Assembly (NCBI GenBank): GCA_963823665.1 | Contig: CAWGMQ010000010.1 | Location: forward strand, 928,001 to 992,000 | Source: an uncultured Planctomycetota bacterium | GTDB taxonomy: Bacteria > Planctomycetota > Planctomycetia > Isosphaerales > Isosphaeraceae | Direction of reading: 5' to 3' | DNA length: 64,000 bases | Part shown: piece by piece, positions 45,201 to 47,094 of the stretch | How positions within the stretch are numbered: position 1 is the first letter of the stretch | Layout: the number at the start of each line of letters is the position of its first letter | Notes under the pieces: generated by a model | Told to the model about the DNA's origin: nothing | The model's input: only the letters and a program-made list of their open reading frames with translations | The model's database searches: none | Position numbers and translations under genes: made by a program

Positions 45201-47094
45201 CGCGCTCGAGACGATGTCCACGCCAACGCCGCCGTTAGCAAGCGCCGTGCCGCTCGAGTTGAGGCCAATCGTGTTCCCCGCCACGACATTGTCGCTCGTG
45301 CCCGAGTCGGTGATCTCGATCCCTTTTTGCGTGTTGCCCGAGATGATATTGGCGGCGGCCGATGTGCTTCCGCCGATCGTGTTGGCGGTGGCGCTGGCCC
45401 CAATTATCACGCCGTTTACGTTGGCCAGCGCGACCGTTCCCGCGGTGTTCGTGCCGATCAGGTTGCCCGCGACCACGTTGTCGGATGTACCCGTGTCGTA
45501 GATGCCGACCCCGGCGTAGGTGTTGCCGGAGATGATATTCTTGGGGCCAATCGTGTTGTCTGTCGGGCCGCCATCCGCGTCGCCGAAAAAGAGGATGCCG
45601 GTGGAGTTGCCCAGCGCGGTGTCGTTCGCGGAATCCGTACCGATGTAGTTATACTCAACCACGTTGCCCGACGTTCCCGTGTTGCCGACGGTCATTCCGT
45701 CTACCGTGTTGCCCGAAATGACGTTGGCTGACGCATACGAACTGCCGCCGATCGTGTTACTGGTCGAGCCTGCCTGCACCAGCACGCCAGACTGGTTGGC
45801 CAGAACCATCCCGCCGGTGGCGGCTGTGACGCCAACGAGATTCTGCATTACCAGGTTGCCGGAAGCCCCGTCAAGCGAGATCCCGTAGACATTGCCGGCG
45901 GCGATATTGCCGGTGATCGTGTTACCGGTGCTGGATCCGTACACGCTGATCCCGGAGCTCGCGTTGCCCACGGCGGCCGTTAAAGCTTGATTCGTGCCCA
46001 GGTCGTTGCCTTCCACGAGGTTGTCGGTTGTGCTTGACCCGTCAATATCGATGCCGTCGGTCGCGTTGCCGGAAATGAGATTCCCGGCGCTGCCGGTCCC
46101 CCCGATCGTGTTGTCGGTCGCGCCGTTCCAGATGTTCACACCGAGGCTATTCGGAATGCCCGCGGTGCCCGCGGCGTTCGTGCCGATGTAGTTGCCCACG
46201 ACCAGGTTGTTTGACGCGCCGCCTGACCCGTTGATCACCACTCCGTACTTCGTGGCGTTTCCTGAGATGATGTTCCGCGCAGTGCTCGTAAGACCGCCGA
46301 CCGTGTTGCCGCTTGAGCCGACGACCTGCACGCCGCTCATGCCGTTAGCAAGAGCCACGGTTCCCGTGACATCGGTTCCGATCAAGTTTCCCTCGACGAG
46401 ATTGCCGCCGGCCGGGTCGTCGAGATACACTCCGCTCGCGGTGTTGCCGGAAATCAAATTGCCGGCGCCGGTGCCCGGAGTGGAGGTCAGGCCGCCGATC
46501 GTGTTGCCCGATCCGACGTAGACCTCGATTCCGGCTGCCGCCGTTGGCCTCCGCCGTCTCGCCGTTGAAGTCGGTGCCGACGTAGTTGTTCGTGATCTGC
46601 CATCCCGAGCCCGCCACCAGGATGCCGTTGTCCGAGAATTCATTAATCACAAGCCCCTTCACCACGCCGCCACTGGCGGAAAGCAAGAGTCCGTTTTCTC
46701 CTGCGCCGGCGCTTGAGCCGACGAGCTCGATGATGGGAGTGCCGGTGTATCCCGGCTGGGTGGTGCCGTCGATGGTCACCGAAGCCGTGATGTCCGGCAG
46801 CGCGGAAAGCGGCGTGATGACCTGCGGGCCGGTGCCGATGCTGAAGTCGATCGTCGACCCGGCGTTTCCATTGGCACTCGTGATCGCCTGGCGCAGTGAA
46901 CCGGGCCCGCTGTCGGCCGTCGTGTTGACGGTATACGTCGACGGCATCATCCGTCTTTCCAGCCCGTGGAGCTCGGGCTGGAACGGCTCTGCCTTCTTCC
47001 GCTTCTTCAGCTCGAAGCGCCAGCGGCTCGTCTTCCGCCGCTTGTGTTTCCCGTGACCATAGCCGCCCGCACCCGGATCATGAGCAGTCGACAT
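2825..47094 (-). CDS. Giant multidomain secreted/surface adhesin-protease (~14,750 aa reconstructed across 7 single-base frameshifts)
   Basis: Eight overlapping minus-strand ORFs join in mid-repeat or mid-motif at ~46533, ~43686, ~30045, ~26027, ~24249, ~18603 and ~12299. Each junction is repaired by one base. Only the first piece has a signal-like N-terminus and only the last has a terminal tail. Confidence 0.82.
3650..4760 (-). other. Peptidase S53 (sedolisin/kumamolisin) catalytic domain within the giant protein
   Basis: YSPAQVRSAYG...GSGQTIALVDAY...WEVEESLDVEWAHAIAPGA (catalytic Glu/Asp), ASTGDYG (oxyanion Asp), PDVSLVAD, VGGTSLSAP (catalytic Ser), YNLVTGLGTP. Confidence 0.9.
6065..11703 (-). 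repeat. Tandem array of ~10.5 x 537-bp (179 aa) near-identical units, each an MBG-like domain plus a YDG domain
   Basis: The YDG marker gtc(a/g)taggtcttct recurs at ~6548, 7085, 7622, 8159, 8696, 9233, 9770, 10307, 10844 and 11381, a 537-bp spacing. Confidence 0.95.
12229..18603 (-). CDS. Giant protein, frame segment: FG-GAP repeats, PKD-like domains, RTX calcium-binding repeats, zinc metalloprotease, PPC domain
   Basis: FGAAVAAVG...LIGSP...GAAFL (FG-GAP); TI(D/N)WGDGS (PKD-like); GGSGNDIIY repeats; AHELGHLSGLEH; DYYSFTATAG...DTALTIYDSAGNVVAYDDDS (PPC). Confidence 0.88.
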   Translation of the reverse strand, partial: APGAGQGVAYVFDANPDSTTFGSLLLTLSFPGNTGLVPAQFGAAVGGLGNEVAVGAPYADSPMNPTLGKVYLFDDTTGALLTTIANPDYETKSFGAAVAAVGDDVLIGSPLDANAGPQGAAFLYGTSGSMLQTFLPPDGGGEFGAAVAAVGSNVLIGSPLDDGGAGAAFLFFSSPSFNSPGSPEMFVQPDGGGGEFGASVAGTGNQALIGAPGANLGTHDAGAAYLFDADPSSPTFGNAIGAFQEPTPTTGDAFGTAVGIDDGAIVVGAPAAGAVDLYQPSASLSVSATTTYATLSYDSVIVSGTFMDVNPDAALTATIDWGDGSSPTTVPLPAGSYAFSAPHEYTTDASYKYNIGVTLSDGTDLTAFAQTPLLISDPAPVFAAPGLVLSSNSILENGTEMLSGTIVSPGGIHTNTLTINWGDGSLFTTIVLPPGDDTFSTSHTYLNNPPGVASGEYTISASVINEEEKSGSASTEVTVSNVPPQFNSSNLELSSSKIFEGGTVTLDGSFTDPGTLDPHTVTINWGDGSTSTTLVGMLGQIEETSPGQYTYTASHLYLNNPPGEPTGGSFAIQVSVSDDVSTTTATTSIEVDNAAPSVRIESAGSPLSGMISLKGVVTDPGILDTETVVWNVTNNGVQIDSGTGATISFNTPTSIGVLVATATATDSDGGQGSDSVQIVVIDQNQVNVTIDPTTGITVSVGTSVLSNAPIQSPETEVMALILGNQVTVDAHTMTAPVELDGYGNSESLTGGSGNDILVANGGANSLVGGPGDDTLYSNQGDDSLYGGTGNDTYFINPGTDPLVDDLSGFNTLNFSISTVAITINLALETGQPQQVNSDGAVVTLIGSFDGYVASPNGDNVIGNDQDDLIYGGSGNTTITGGSGNNSIVGGSGNDVIYGGSTNTTITSGTGNDSIVGGSGNDIIYGGSSSSTLTGGSGNDSIIGGSGNDIVYGGSGNTTITGGSGNESIVGGSGNDIIYGGSGNTTLTGGGGNSTLVGGTGNDIIYGGTGNTTLTGGNGNASIVGGSGNDIIYGGSNNNTITGGSGNDSIIGGSGNDIIYGGSGNTTITGAGGSDTLIGGSGNDIIYGGSNPSTLTGGSGGESIIGGSGNDIIYGGSNNNTITGGSGNDSIIGGSGNDIIYGGSGNNTITGGGGNSTLIGGTGNDIIYGGSNPSTLNGGSGGESIVGGTGNDIIYGGSNTNTIVGGSGNDSIIGGSGNDIIYGGSGNNTITGGGGNSTLIGGTGNDIIYGGSNGSTLNGGSGGESIVGGTGNDIIYGGSGNNTITGGSGNNSIVGGGGNDIIYGGSGNNTITAGGGNDSITGGSGNDIIYGGSQNSTITGGSGNDSINGGAGNDIIYGGSGNTTITGGSGSDSITGGSGNDIIYGGAGDNTITGGSGDDYINGGKADDVIYGGSGNSTISAGDGADSITGGSGNDIIYGGPGNDTIDGGTGNATIAAGTGYDSITAGGGFDSWFGFFGANNMTLTDTMFSAYGGTGQAIEDPISGFQNAVLAAGAGDFTLDASGFSGGTLLIAGTGNDTLVGSSNDDTLVSGTGNDSLVGGGGNDTFAFNSGSSGSQTIDEASDTANAWLDFSQAPAGVNINLSAAGAQAVIPGTLTLTLSNPMGIADVLGSGYDDTIIGNARDNTLIGGGGDDLIAGLGGNDLLEGGVTRTIYLDFSDYELPGQHIYTPDEESAIESQLVADYADFSYVFTLSPPESGVYTTIYFNDPVLTGLEGGIATGIDWRDLDIAGSTTLTEAGFQITPADQAGVNVNDLLGSPGEPAATSADFVALSATIAAHELGHLSGLEHGDSFGPIGSGIYSGVNPDLYVPAFTGPVDATETVRHIMASGASVNATLFDAIDDPYFGEREAIKLAYGEDGSPVNEQTAPHYTMATAQAVALEPVVVPDTDLEGVNADRSFDVTAADVVGYLSTDSQGNSYTDYYSFTATAGTLINFEVMSAVLNRPQGAFDTALTIYDSAGNVVAYDDDSFQDTDSTILDLTLAETGTYYAMVTSSPKSVSLNEPLTGAYELFMYTFATGASTAGGLSTADTMPLGLASAGDTMYAGSGSDTIVAGTGNDTVSAQLQADTIIYGSGNVNFIGKCLTWTSPRLSTSPLLSRASPSP
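12980..13600 (-). other. Metzincin-like zinc metalloprotease domain within the giant protein
   Basis: HELGHLSGLEH (HExxHxxGxxH) at ~13180-13212, a downstream Met-turn-like HIMASG at ~13060, and an upstream TIYLDF strand. Confidence 0.82.
13610..16350 (-). repeat. RTX / hemolysin-type Ca-binding nonapeptide array (dense core ~14230-15995)
   Basis: Roughly 65 consecutive GGxGNDxxx-type nonapeptides in the core (GGSGNDIIY / GGSGNNTIT / GGSGNDSII). Confidence 0.95.
18525..24290 (-). CDS. Giant protein, frame segment: beta-solenoid repeats, second parallel beta-helix module, PKD, start of FG-GAP
   Basis: WTNSGTIEAT repeats; YIVTTTADMGDGSLRAAI; NTIGGT...GNVISGN repeats; LSYFWTFGDGATGTGPDPIHAYTKPG (PKD). 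Confidence 0.85.
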   Translation of the reverse strand: MRPPSGMTAALAPRTPLVLEGTIDANSSASYILIAGTNWTNSGTIEATAAGAQLDLGGTNWTNSGTIEATNGGYVVSSGTWTDDGLMSVDSTSLINLQGTFSVDSGSSFAGAGDVYLEGTLDNTGETLTLNDPEFSFAVVGGTIDGGTVETTDGAALVASLAGGTLDGVTIDGTLDVNNGGHSITVTDGLTLNGTLYLGPADPANGTSTLDFQGAQTLGGTGLIVLGGDGSYPERINTVSSGGDSGTLTIGPNITIDGTAASIGYDSGPGTETPLVLEGTIDANSSASYIQIFGTNWTNSGTIEATAAGAQLGLSGTNWTNSGTIEATGGGYVTASGTWTDNGVISADSTSQVNLEGTFSVGSDSSFAGSGLIDLAGTLDNTGEILTLNDPTLAFTLDAGTIDGGTVETTGGAALVGDGALDGVTIDGTLDENENGDTITVTDGLTLNGTLDLGPIDPANGSSTLDFQGAQTLGGTGLIVLGGAGYEPEEINTASSGGDSGTLTIGPNITIDGTAAFIGYNGGGTETPLVLEGTIDASTSASYIQIIGTSWTNTGTIETTDGGQLVLNGTNWTNSGTIAATNGGFAVVEGTWSDDGVVSGGAGASVYLLGTGSTLPGSSFAGAGDVFLNGTLDNNGDTLSLDDPALEFALDGGTIDGGTVETTNGATLVGGAGTLDGVTIDGTVDMTTIGDTITVTQGLTLNGTIDLGPTDASGISELNFQGAQTLSGTGSIVFGNFYEGDQINTASSGGDSGALTIGPNITVQGTDGVIGYDHGGPETPIVLEGTIDANTSGGSVQIYGTDWTSSGTIAATNGGTINLETAPSNFTPGLLTGGTWSVGADSTLNFPGGNIATDAATIILDGPGASFPALSSLAYIAPGGTLELSDGASFTTTTSLLNQGTINVADPGILNIEGNFTLAAGGQLDVGVGGYSPGSGFSQLNVTGQLTLGGALDVTLLGGFTPVLGNSFPIINYGSVTGAFSSESGLEISSSLNFRPVTNPTQFDLDVIESYIVTTTADMGDGSLRAAIEAADLSSGPFAIDFDIPGGGVQLISPLSPLPFITAVVDLDATTQPGYAGAPIIQLDGTSTGSASGLVLAAGSAGSEISGVVISDFSQDGILIESSGNVVQSSYIGTNASGTAAAPNQIGIVIGAGASGNTIGGTSAPAGNVISGNASYGVQITGSGATGNVVEGNMIGTDPSGTVAIANATGVEIASGASSNTIGGTAAGDGNLISGNLGDGVLLNGAATADNVVAGNQIGTDTTGETPLGNAGAGVDVAGATDSTIGGVSGGGRNVLSGNAEGVSVSGGATGTLIAGNLIGTDANGISAVGNTNSGIAVTGALNTTIGGTTAVALNVISGNGGLNNGINGIEVEGGASGTLIQGNYIGVNQDGTGPLANTGSGIVDIASPGTTIGGTAEGAGNVISANAYVGVSIQGSASSGALVLGNYIGTDKTGKIALGNLGDGLELGDVSDVTIGGTAAGVGNVISSNSGAGIDLVGSDSGVLIQANKIGTDPTGSVALGNGTGILIQYGSSDNTIGGSAAAAGNTIAFSTGTSLHTGLGVDVDASAGTGNTIRLNSIFSNHGLGIGLGGNVVTPISATPLTGPNNYENYPVITAVTSTGGMTTVMGSLESTANTTFMLDFYTLSSSNASGYGEGRYVLGSGPVPIDASGTAHFTFSFPTPATGVQFVTATATDPAGNTSEFSQAFGSDIPPTAKISFTKLTVDEGVSIPFNGSGSIDPNNGSLSYFWTFGDGATGTGPDPIHAYTKPGVETVTLTVDDGFGGVSTATATVTVSDVPPVFTPDSFTPPETFSSSTSGDGFGTAVAAIDGNVVIGAPQAGNGGAVDLYDGVPTDDGVSTPYRYGSLIHVFQDPGATAGDLFGASVADFGDDLIVGRPARARAWRMCSMRTRIAPRSARCS
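24154..26027 (-). CDS. Giant protein, frame segment: beta-solenoid repeats
   Basis: Same repeat family as the neighbouring segments. Bounded by indels at ~26027 and ~24249. Confidence 0.75.
25506..30161 (-). CDS. Giant protein, frame segment: beta-solenoid repeats (true frame ~30045-26027)
   Basis: The in-frame repeat text LTVTGGLTLSNGSILIG... is flanked by out-of-frame R/P/S-rich ends. Confidence 0.75.
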   Translation of the reverse strand: MAARSKRRAALPCSPPTVAAPWMASPSTAPSTWRRTIPRLTVTGGLTLSNGSILIGNGAGSIYCDLTFQGAQTLGGTGTIVFGGGNLYNNRLDTASSGGDSGTLTIGSGITIEGQSGSIEPDSGGAYPLILQGTIDDNVSGGEIQVDGTNWSNLGAIAATSGGSVFAQGTWTDNSVVSADSTSTVYLGGTFSVGSGASFTGTGTVAVAGTLDNSGTTLTLDDSALTFEMGGGAIDSGDIVTTNGAALFGSGYGGTLEGVTLDGTLDMATFNSQLAVTGGLTLSNGSILMGSAGLTYSYLTFQGAQTLGGTGTVVFDGTLNTDEIITASSGGDSGKLTIGSGITIEGQSGYIGFNFGGTEYPLILQGIVDDNVSGGQIQVDGTNWSNLGTITATSGGSVFAEGTWTDNSVVSADSTSTVYLGGTFSVGSSASFTGTGTVAVSGTLDNSGSTLTLDDSALTFEMDGGEIDSGDIVTTNGAALFGTGGTLAGVTLDGTLDMATYSSVLAVTGGLTLSNGSILIGNGSGSSGDLTFQGAQTLGGTGTVIFGGGNAYNNRLDTASSGGDSGTLTIGSGITIEGQNGFIGLDGGGTEYPMILEGTIDDNVSGGQIQVLGSNWTNSGTITATSGGSVFAQGTWTDNSVVSADSTSTVYLGGTFSVGSSASFTGTGTVAVSGTLDNSGSTLTLDDSALTFEMDGGEIDSGDIVTTNGAALFGTGGTLAGVTLDGTLDMATYSSVLAVTGGLTLSNGSILIGNGSGSSGDLTFQGAQTLGGTGTVIFGGGSAYNNRLDTASSGGDSGTLTIGSGITIEGQNGFIGLDGGGTEYPMILEGTIDDNVSGGLIRIFGTNLTNSGTLEATGGGTLDLTGTNLTNSGTIEAAGDGEFDIYPTNWTNSGTIAATTGGVGYLEGSFTDPGAVSVDATSRIYLDGTVSVDSGSSFAGAGAVNLRGTLDNTGETLTLNDPGLAFMLDGGAIDGGTVETTGGAALVATNPGGTLAGVTLDGTLDMTVAYPTLDVTGGLTLDDGTIDLGSQVAGGTFGTLTFQGAQTLGGSGSVVFGSDGDNYIDTESSGGDSGTLTIGPNITIDGTAGSIGSDGGGTETPLVLEGTIDANSSASYIQIYGTNWTNSGTIEATAAGAQLGLNGTNWTNSGAIEAANGGIVTATSSNWTNSGTIEATAAGSQLGLNGTTGTNSGTIEATGGSSLGLTGTDLTNSSTIEATGGATLDVSPTNWTNAGTIEATTGSTAYLENSFIDPGVISVDSTSQIYLDGTFSVDSGSSFAGTGVMYLRGTLDNTGETLTLDDSGLAFMLDGGAIDGGTVETTGGATLIAPNSAGTLAGVTLDGTLDMTGAYSTLDVTGSLTLDDGTIDLGSQVAGGTFARSHSRAHRPWAAPARSSLAPTATTSSTPNPVAATPAPSRSGPTSRSTGLRASSGMTAVAPRPRWSSRARSTRTSAGAPYVSTAPTGSTQARSKPATAAPCTLKATGQAQAQSKPAAAAPATSRVTGPMTAPSTRIRRPPSISMAPSPSNPAPHSPVPALSISRALSTTPARL
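30013..43686 (-). CDS. Giant protein, frame segment: right-handed parallel beta-helix repeats, then beta-solenoid repeats
   Basis: 4544-aa ORF with dozens of NTIGGTAAGAGNVISGN...GNLIGTDxTGT units, a cap GPNLFQDFPVIT...TATATDLSGNTSEFS, then VSWINPSGGDWDDPSNW. Confidence 0.88.
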   Translation of the reverse strand, partial: GAANVISGNASDGVSLYDSGTTGNVVLGNLIGTNAAGNAALANEDGIDFTGASQNTIGGTAAGSSNVISGNEYAGIGDSDQFDLIAGNLVGTDSTGTFAIPNGGDGVYVGGSNDTVGGTASGAVNVISGNTDNGIDVTGANDLIEGNLIGTTESGAAGLANDYGVFVSPDATGLTIGGTAAGAGNVISASYVDGVDLLAGGSLVEGNKIGTNSAGTAALGNYEHGVRVQSNTNTIGGAASGAGNLISGNNIGIEIDTINAPADNLVEGNLIGTDASGTFAIPNAYGVQLYSSSTASNTVGGTVTGAGNVISGNTNAGVQFNSSGDLVVGNLIGTDITGTVALPNYNGVVIGSFSGSDTIGGVTATAGTGAGNVISGNTNDGVEIQVAADDNVVLGNLIGTDVTGENALPNSGFGVEVLSIGNTIGGTAAGSLNVISANADVNILLDGSGATDDVVEGNVVGLDVAGTTSLSSATPVDLQIESAGNTIGGTIGAARNVISGAGSEGISLDYSGATANLIEGNYIGSNVADTAVVANYNFDIWELNAAEGNTIGGTVSGAANVIVGNPTAYAMFLTSDTLVEGNLIDSNPTGTAVVGQTQGIVIGTTAADLIDSGNTIGGIVSGAGNILTNTGIWLEHGAQDNLVEGNISGLDITGTVKLTTGGAGIEVDGPDNTIGGTTAGAANVLAGSSSDALDLIGTSSTGNLVEGNLIGTDITGTVSIRNGGAGISITGGATLNTIGGTTPGAANVISSSDDGLVIGNTSTANLIEGNKVGTDITGTVSLYNLNGLLIVGASNTIGGTAAGAGNIISGNIGYGGGDPNTGWGLWLDGPAATGNVVEGNLIGLDATGEHILGNTTNAGILVDGATDNTIGGTSADAANVISGNLRGIDINEVGATGNIIEGNLIGTDQSGTVALGNTGEGIVVAYAQANTIGGSAAGAGNVISGNVYGINILDGATDIVVQGNLIGLSSAGSAALGNSIDGILLQGGTTGDTIGGTTATPGTAAGNVISGNTDYGIEISETGTTANVVEGNLIGTDITGTVSIANGQGGVEIDPGASGNTIGGLTATPGTGGGNVISGNNVFGINDLGHSNLIAGNLIGLAAGGTVALANNGNGVQVNAGDTIGGTAAGAGNIISGNIAVGILFDGNDNLLAGNKIGTDVTGTAAIANVDGGVDLYSSSTGNTVGGLTASPGTGAGNLISGNNAAGIADLGGSNWIAGNLIGTDSSGTVAVGNKGDGIDVYARGDTIGGTAAGAGNVISGNTGAGVSFVGSGATGNSVMGNYIGTDIAGTVAIANGWGVGLDSGASGNTIGGLTATPGSGAGNVISGNDGVGIGDRGGSNVIAGNLIGLSASGTVALANASDGMDLDAGGDTIGGTAAGAGNVISGNLGDGISDSGANWIAGNLIGTDSSGTIAVPNDYPGIYIWVGGSTIGGSTAGAGNVISGNIHGGIMVYASANLIEGNKIGTNSDGSADLANTSQGIILDASGNTIGGLTATPGTGAGNLLTGNYGAGVIDLSSGDNLIEGNLVGTDAAGTVALAYATDGIDVSNDDTVGGTAAGAGNVISGNGHYGIYVGGSGNLVAGNKIGTDITGTVAITNGVYGIGIGGGATGNTIGGLTATPGTGAGNLISGNTRAGINDLGGSDLIAGNLIGTDAAGTVALANIGDGIDGSASADTIGGTAAGAGNVISGNTNDGVLLDGSDNLIAGNFIGTSVTGDAAIGNGGNGVGIRGGSSGNTIGGLTATPGTGAGNVISGNTFSGIYDANGSNLIAGNLIGVSVSGTTALANDGYGIFAFSDTIGGTAAGSGNVISGNGLYGIDDAGSNLIAGNLIGTDISGTVAVPGSEGIFSVGTGSTIGGTTAGAGNVVSGNSSAGITLYIGATGNLVEGNKIGTNFDGSAALANDGDGIDIDAGDNTIGGTTAGAGNLISGNSGNGVEIENSGEVVAGNMIGTDITGTVALPNDVFGVVVAGGSNTIGGTVAAAQNLISGNMSAGIQISSSTATDNVVEGNRIGTTLDGASALGNGAGFGVLIEYFATGNTIGGTTAGAANLISGNAVGDVIIYGHGTTDNVVAGNLIGTNADGTLTVAFENGAGVKIYGGAAQNTIGGTASGAGNLISGNEGDGVQIIDGYQDYVQGNRIGLDRSGTSALANSAYGISLSQHSAAQTTSGGYTSGPGSNTGSNVIGGTGSGAGNVVSGNGAGGIFITAGIMDLVAGNYVGVDPTGTFVIPNGSGIMTRDGTGNTIGGTVSGSGNVVAGNNNFNLAIVDTADVVAENFLGTDATGTVALGGAGGVLIQGAMNTLGGTVAGARNVISGNSGYALSIVGQGANNNLVEGNYIGTDSTGTVVLANNSYGVDIYSGASNNTIGGTATGASNVISGNVTGGLDIYGAGGATDNLVQGNFIGTDKTGTVALGGQGLGVIIDAGATNNTIGGVGTGAGNVISGNDGDGVIISDNGTSANLVEGNFIGTDPTGTFAVANAASGVEVASSASLTTIGGTAAGAGNVISGNTQDGIILTGSGFTLIVGNKIGTDFTGTLAIGNGAGVELDTGASGNTIGGTALGAGNLISGNAGDGVEITGSGTTDNLVQGNLIGTDVSGGGAVPNAGGVAVEAGASQNTIGGSAAGAGNLISGNTGTGVELLDTFDNVVQGNRIGTNESGTSALSNAGTGILVSDGSSGSSQSGSSPGGSSSSGSVSSQGTHTGHNVIGGTGSGAGNVVSGNGAGGIFITSGIMDLVAGNYVGIDPTGTFAIPNGSGGIEIQSGTGNTIGGTSAGAGNVISGNDAGGLTLLAGSSLIEGNLIGTNATGDVALGNQGVGVYLLSGTSGTTIGGTVAGAGNVISGNYSYGVDLNDTSNILIAGNNIGTDITGTLRLGNGKPEMLIGGGTSDVTVGGTTALAGNVISGGGEGILIQGTATTGNLVEGNEIGTDRSGTIAVGSVGFGISIGDNSSDNTIGGTAAGDGNIIAYCGGDGVVVGYGAGDNATGNAILTNEIYANSGLGINLGDEGVVVLNDSSGHTGPNLFQDFPVITSAVTVGGMTTLDGTITETPDTTYLLQFFSNPAADPSGYGQGQTYLTSADVMTNYMGVGAFSVGAPSEIAPGNYVTATATDLSGNTSEFSADTIVAQSNSVSWINPSGGDWDDPSNWSDDTVPTAGNDVSISIAVSNPITHSSAVADAVNSLTSSDPIMLLAGSLTIGTTADLSAAMTLNGGEIDGGTINLTNGAELVVTGNGNNTLAGGVTINGTVDMATNNAAQLTVTGGLTLNGTILMGDQSGYNTNGILNFVGTQTLGGTGSIVFGYSGFNQINTASSGGSDTGTLTIGPNITIEGNSGYIGYDDGGTQTPLVFQGTVDADATAGTISIFGTGWTSSGTLEATGTGQLNLFGTNWTTTGTISATSGGYVQANGTWTDDAAISTDFLSSVGLFGTFSVGLSASFAGSGAVEVSGTVDNSGGTLTLNDSGLSFVLSGGEIDGGTVVTSNGAELTIYGTSAFADGVTVDGTVHMVENSPVLDVTGGLTLNGTILLGSGQVSQPAILNFTGSQTLGGTGEILFGLSGDNQINTASSGGSDTGTLTVGPNITIDGNSGLIGFDSGIAQTPIVIQGTVDEDTGGGDIEMYGSGWSSSGTLEATGGALDLFGTNWTSTGTISATSYGYVEAVGTWTDNGVVSADPSSIVSLDGTFSVGSNASFSGGGTVDINGTVDNSGGTITLNNSGTVVALNGGEIDGGDVVTTNAAELYVSRNSTFADGVTIDGDVDAGTLLAPVITVTGGLNLNGTMLLGDQNSYNTGVLNFVGSQTLSGTGSIVFGLASDNQINTASSGGADTGTLTIGPNITIEGNNGEIGYDGGGAGTPMIIQGTIDADTSNGSIEVYGSGWSSSGTLEASGGYLDLFGTNWTSTGTIAATNGGYAEGVGSWTDNGVVSADSTSVVVLRGTVSLGSNASFAGTGNVLVEGTIDNSGGTLTLDDSALEVSLDNGEIDGGTVVMTNGATLFITNNGTLADGVTIDGTIDDGREYAPELTVTGGLTLNGSILLGNPSSPNTGILNFVGSQTLGGTGTVVFGLIDSNQINTASSGGADTGTLTIGAGITIEGDNGGIGGNDGGPQTPLIIQGVVDANTSGGNIQIFGTNWTNTGTLEATGGATLQAEGTNWTNSGTISATSGGSVYATGTWTDNGVVSADSSSMVDLSGTFSAGSSATFSGSGLVQLSGTLDNSGGTLTLNDSALTVELYSGEIDGGSVVTTNGAALFVSDPYNTLADDVTIDGTLDMATYDGLLAVTGGLTLDGTILLGNAMGSTGSALIFVGAQTLSGTGTISLGSGYNQIESASSGGDSGTLTIGPNITIQGDSGSIGYNNGGALTPLVFEGTIDANLSGGTIQIHGTNWINTGTIEGTNGGNLNFYGTNWTNSGTIEVTGGMVSATGTNWTNSGTIEATSGGIAVLAGSLTDPGVVSVDSTSVSYLRGTVSVDSGSSFAGSGVVDLEGTLDNTGETLTLNDPELSFGIAGGTIDGGTVETTGGAALFATNSGGTLDGVTLDGTLDMATNYSAPHGHRWPHAE
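43596..46643 (-). CDS. Giant protein, frame segment: right-handed parallel beta-helix repeats
   Basis: GNTIGG...GNLISGN...GNLIGTD repeats in frame from ~46533 to ~43686. Confidence 0.82.
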   Translation of the reverse strand: MNSRTTASWWRARDGRSRTTTSAPTSTARRRRPTAAAGIEVYVGSGNTIGGLTSTPGTGAGNLISGNTASGVYLDDPAGGNLVEGNLIGTDVTGTVALANGMSGVQVVGSSGNTVGGLTSTARNIISGNATKYGVVINGSGGASNNLVVGNYIGTNAAGTAGIPNSLGVNIWNGATDNTIGGTGSAGNLISGNATDGIDIDGSSTTDNLVEGNDLGTNQALTAAVGNASSGISVYGSSTGNTITGNIAAGNVYGISLDGASGNLVMQNLVGVTAATGGMVLANQSGVLVQAGSTSNTIGGSSYASANVISGNTVDGMTVGNTGTSGNVVEYNYIGTDSANDTALGNSTGILFFGDADGGPTDNTIGPKNIISGNTYAGVGIYDTGTSDNVVAGNLIGTNTAGTVALANVNGVIIGASATANTIGGSTSAAANIISGNTQKGIEITDSGTSDNVVAGNTIGLNSSGTALANGGVGVDIVSSASANTIGGPSAGYRNVISGNSGGGIYLFDSTDDLIAGNYIGTDAAGTVAISNTLDGIDSGNGTGITIGGTTSAARNVIAGNGSNNVEIDSDTADVVAGNYIGTDKTGTVALGGGADGVQLNGGLSDTIGGTVSGAGNLISGNTTNGVEITGNTSNGNVVAGNLIGTDVTGTVALPNAFGITFDLGASDNTIGGIGGFSANVISGNSQYGIYFTGTGASANVFEGNLIGTNEAGTAALANSYGFFFFGNSGNTIGGTAAGAGNVVSGNTYSGISVQGAFEVIVGNLIGTDYTGTVAIGNGYGDGVDLYSADNTVGGTAMGAGNVISGNATGVYIGADDNLVEGNLIGTDITGTVALGNTEAGMIVDGGAIDNTIGGTASGAGNLISGNVGDGIAIDGTGTTGNVVLGNKIGTDLAGTVAVPNTVVGVDIYLGPTANTIGGTAAGAGNLISGNTLDGVDIVGAGASENVVLGNYIGTDVTGTVAIANDGVGVGIFDGATDNTIGGAASARPMLSPGTRATACRSTTPEPRATSSWGT
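46345..47094 (-). CDS. Giant protein, N-terminal segment with a planctomycete LEPRxLL-like signal and a CSLREA-like start
   Basis: Basic leader (KHKRRKTSRWRFELKKRKK), FQPELHGLERRMMPS, then TYTVNTTADSGPGSLRQAITSAN. Confidence 0.85.
   Translation of the reverse strand: MSTAHDPGAGGYGHGKHKRRKTSRWRFELKKRKKAEPFQPELHGLERRMMPSTYTVNTTADSGPGSLRQAITSANGNAGSTIDFSIGTGPQVITPLSALPDITASVTIDGTTQPGYTGTPIIELVGSSAGAGENGLLLSASGGVVKGLVINEFSDNGILVAGSGWQITNNYVGTDFNGETAEANGGSRNRGLRRIGQHDRRPDLHSGHRRRQFDFRQHRERSVSRRPGRRQSRRGKLDRNRCHGNRGSC

Noticed and set aside
12299..46533. Frameshifts as programmed frameshifting, phase variation or pseudogenisation
   Set aside because: No shared slippery motif or long homopolymer, no in-frame stops in the reconstructed frame, and similar indels hit unrelated genes (~49450, 54420, 55658, 56780, 58260, 58395, 59314, 62478). 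Sequencing error is more parsimonious.
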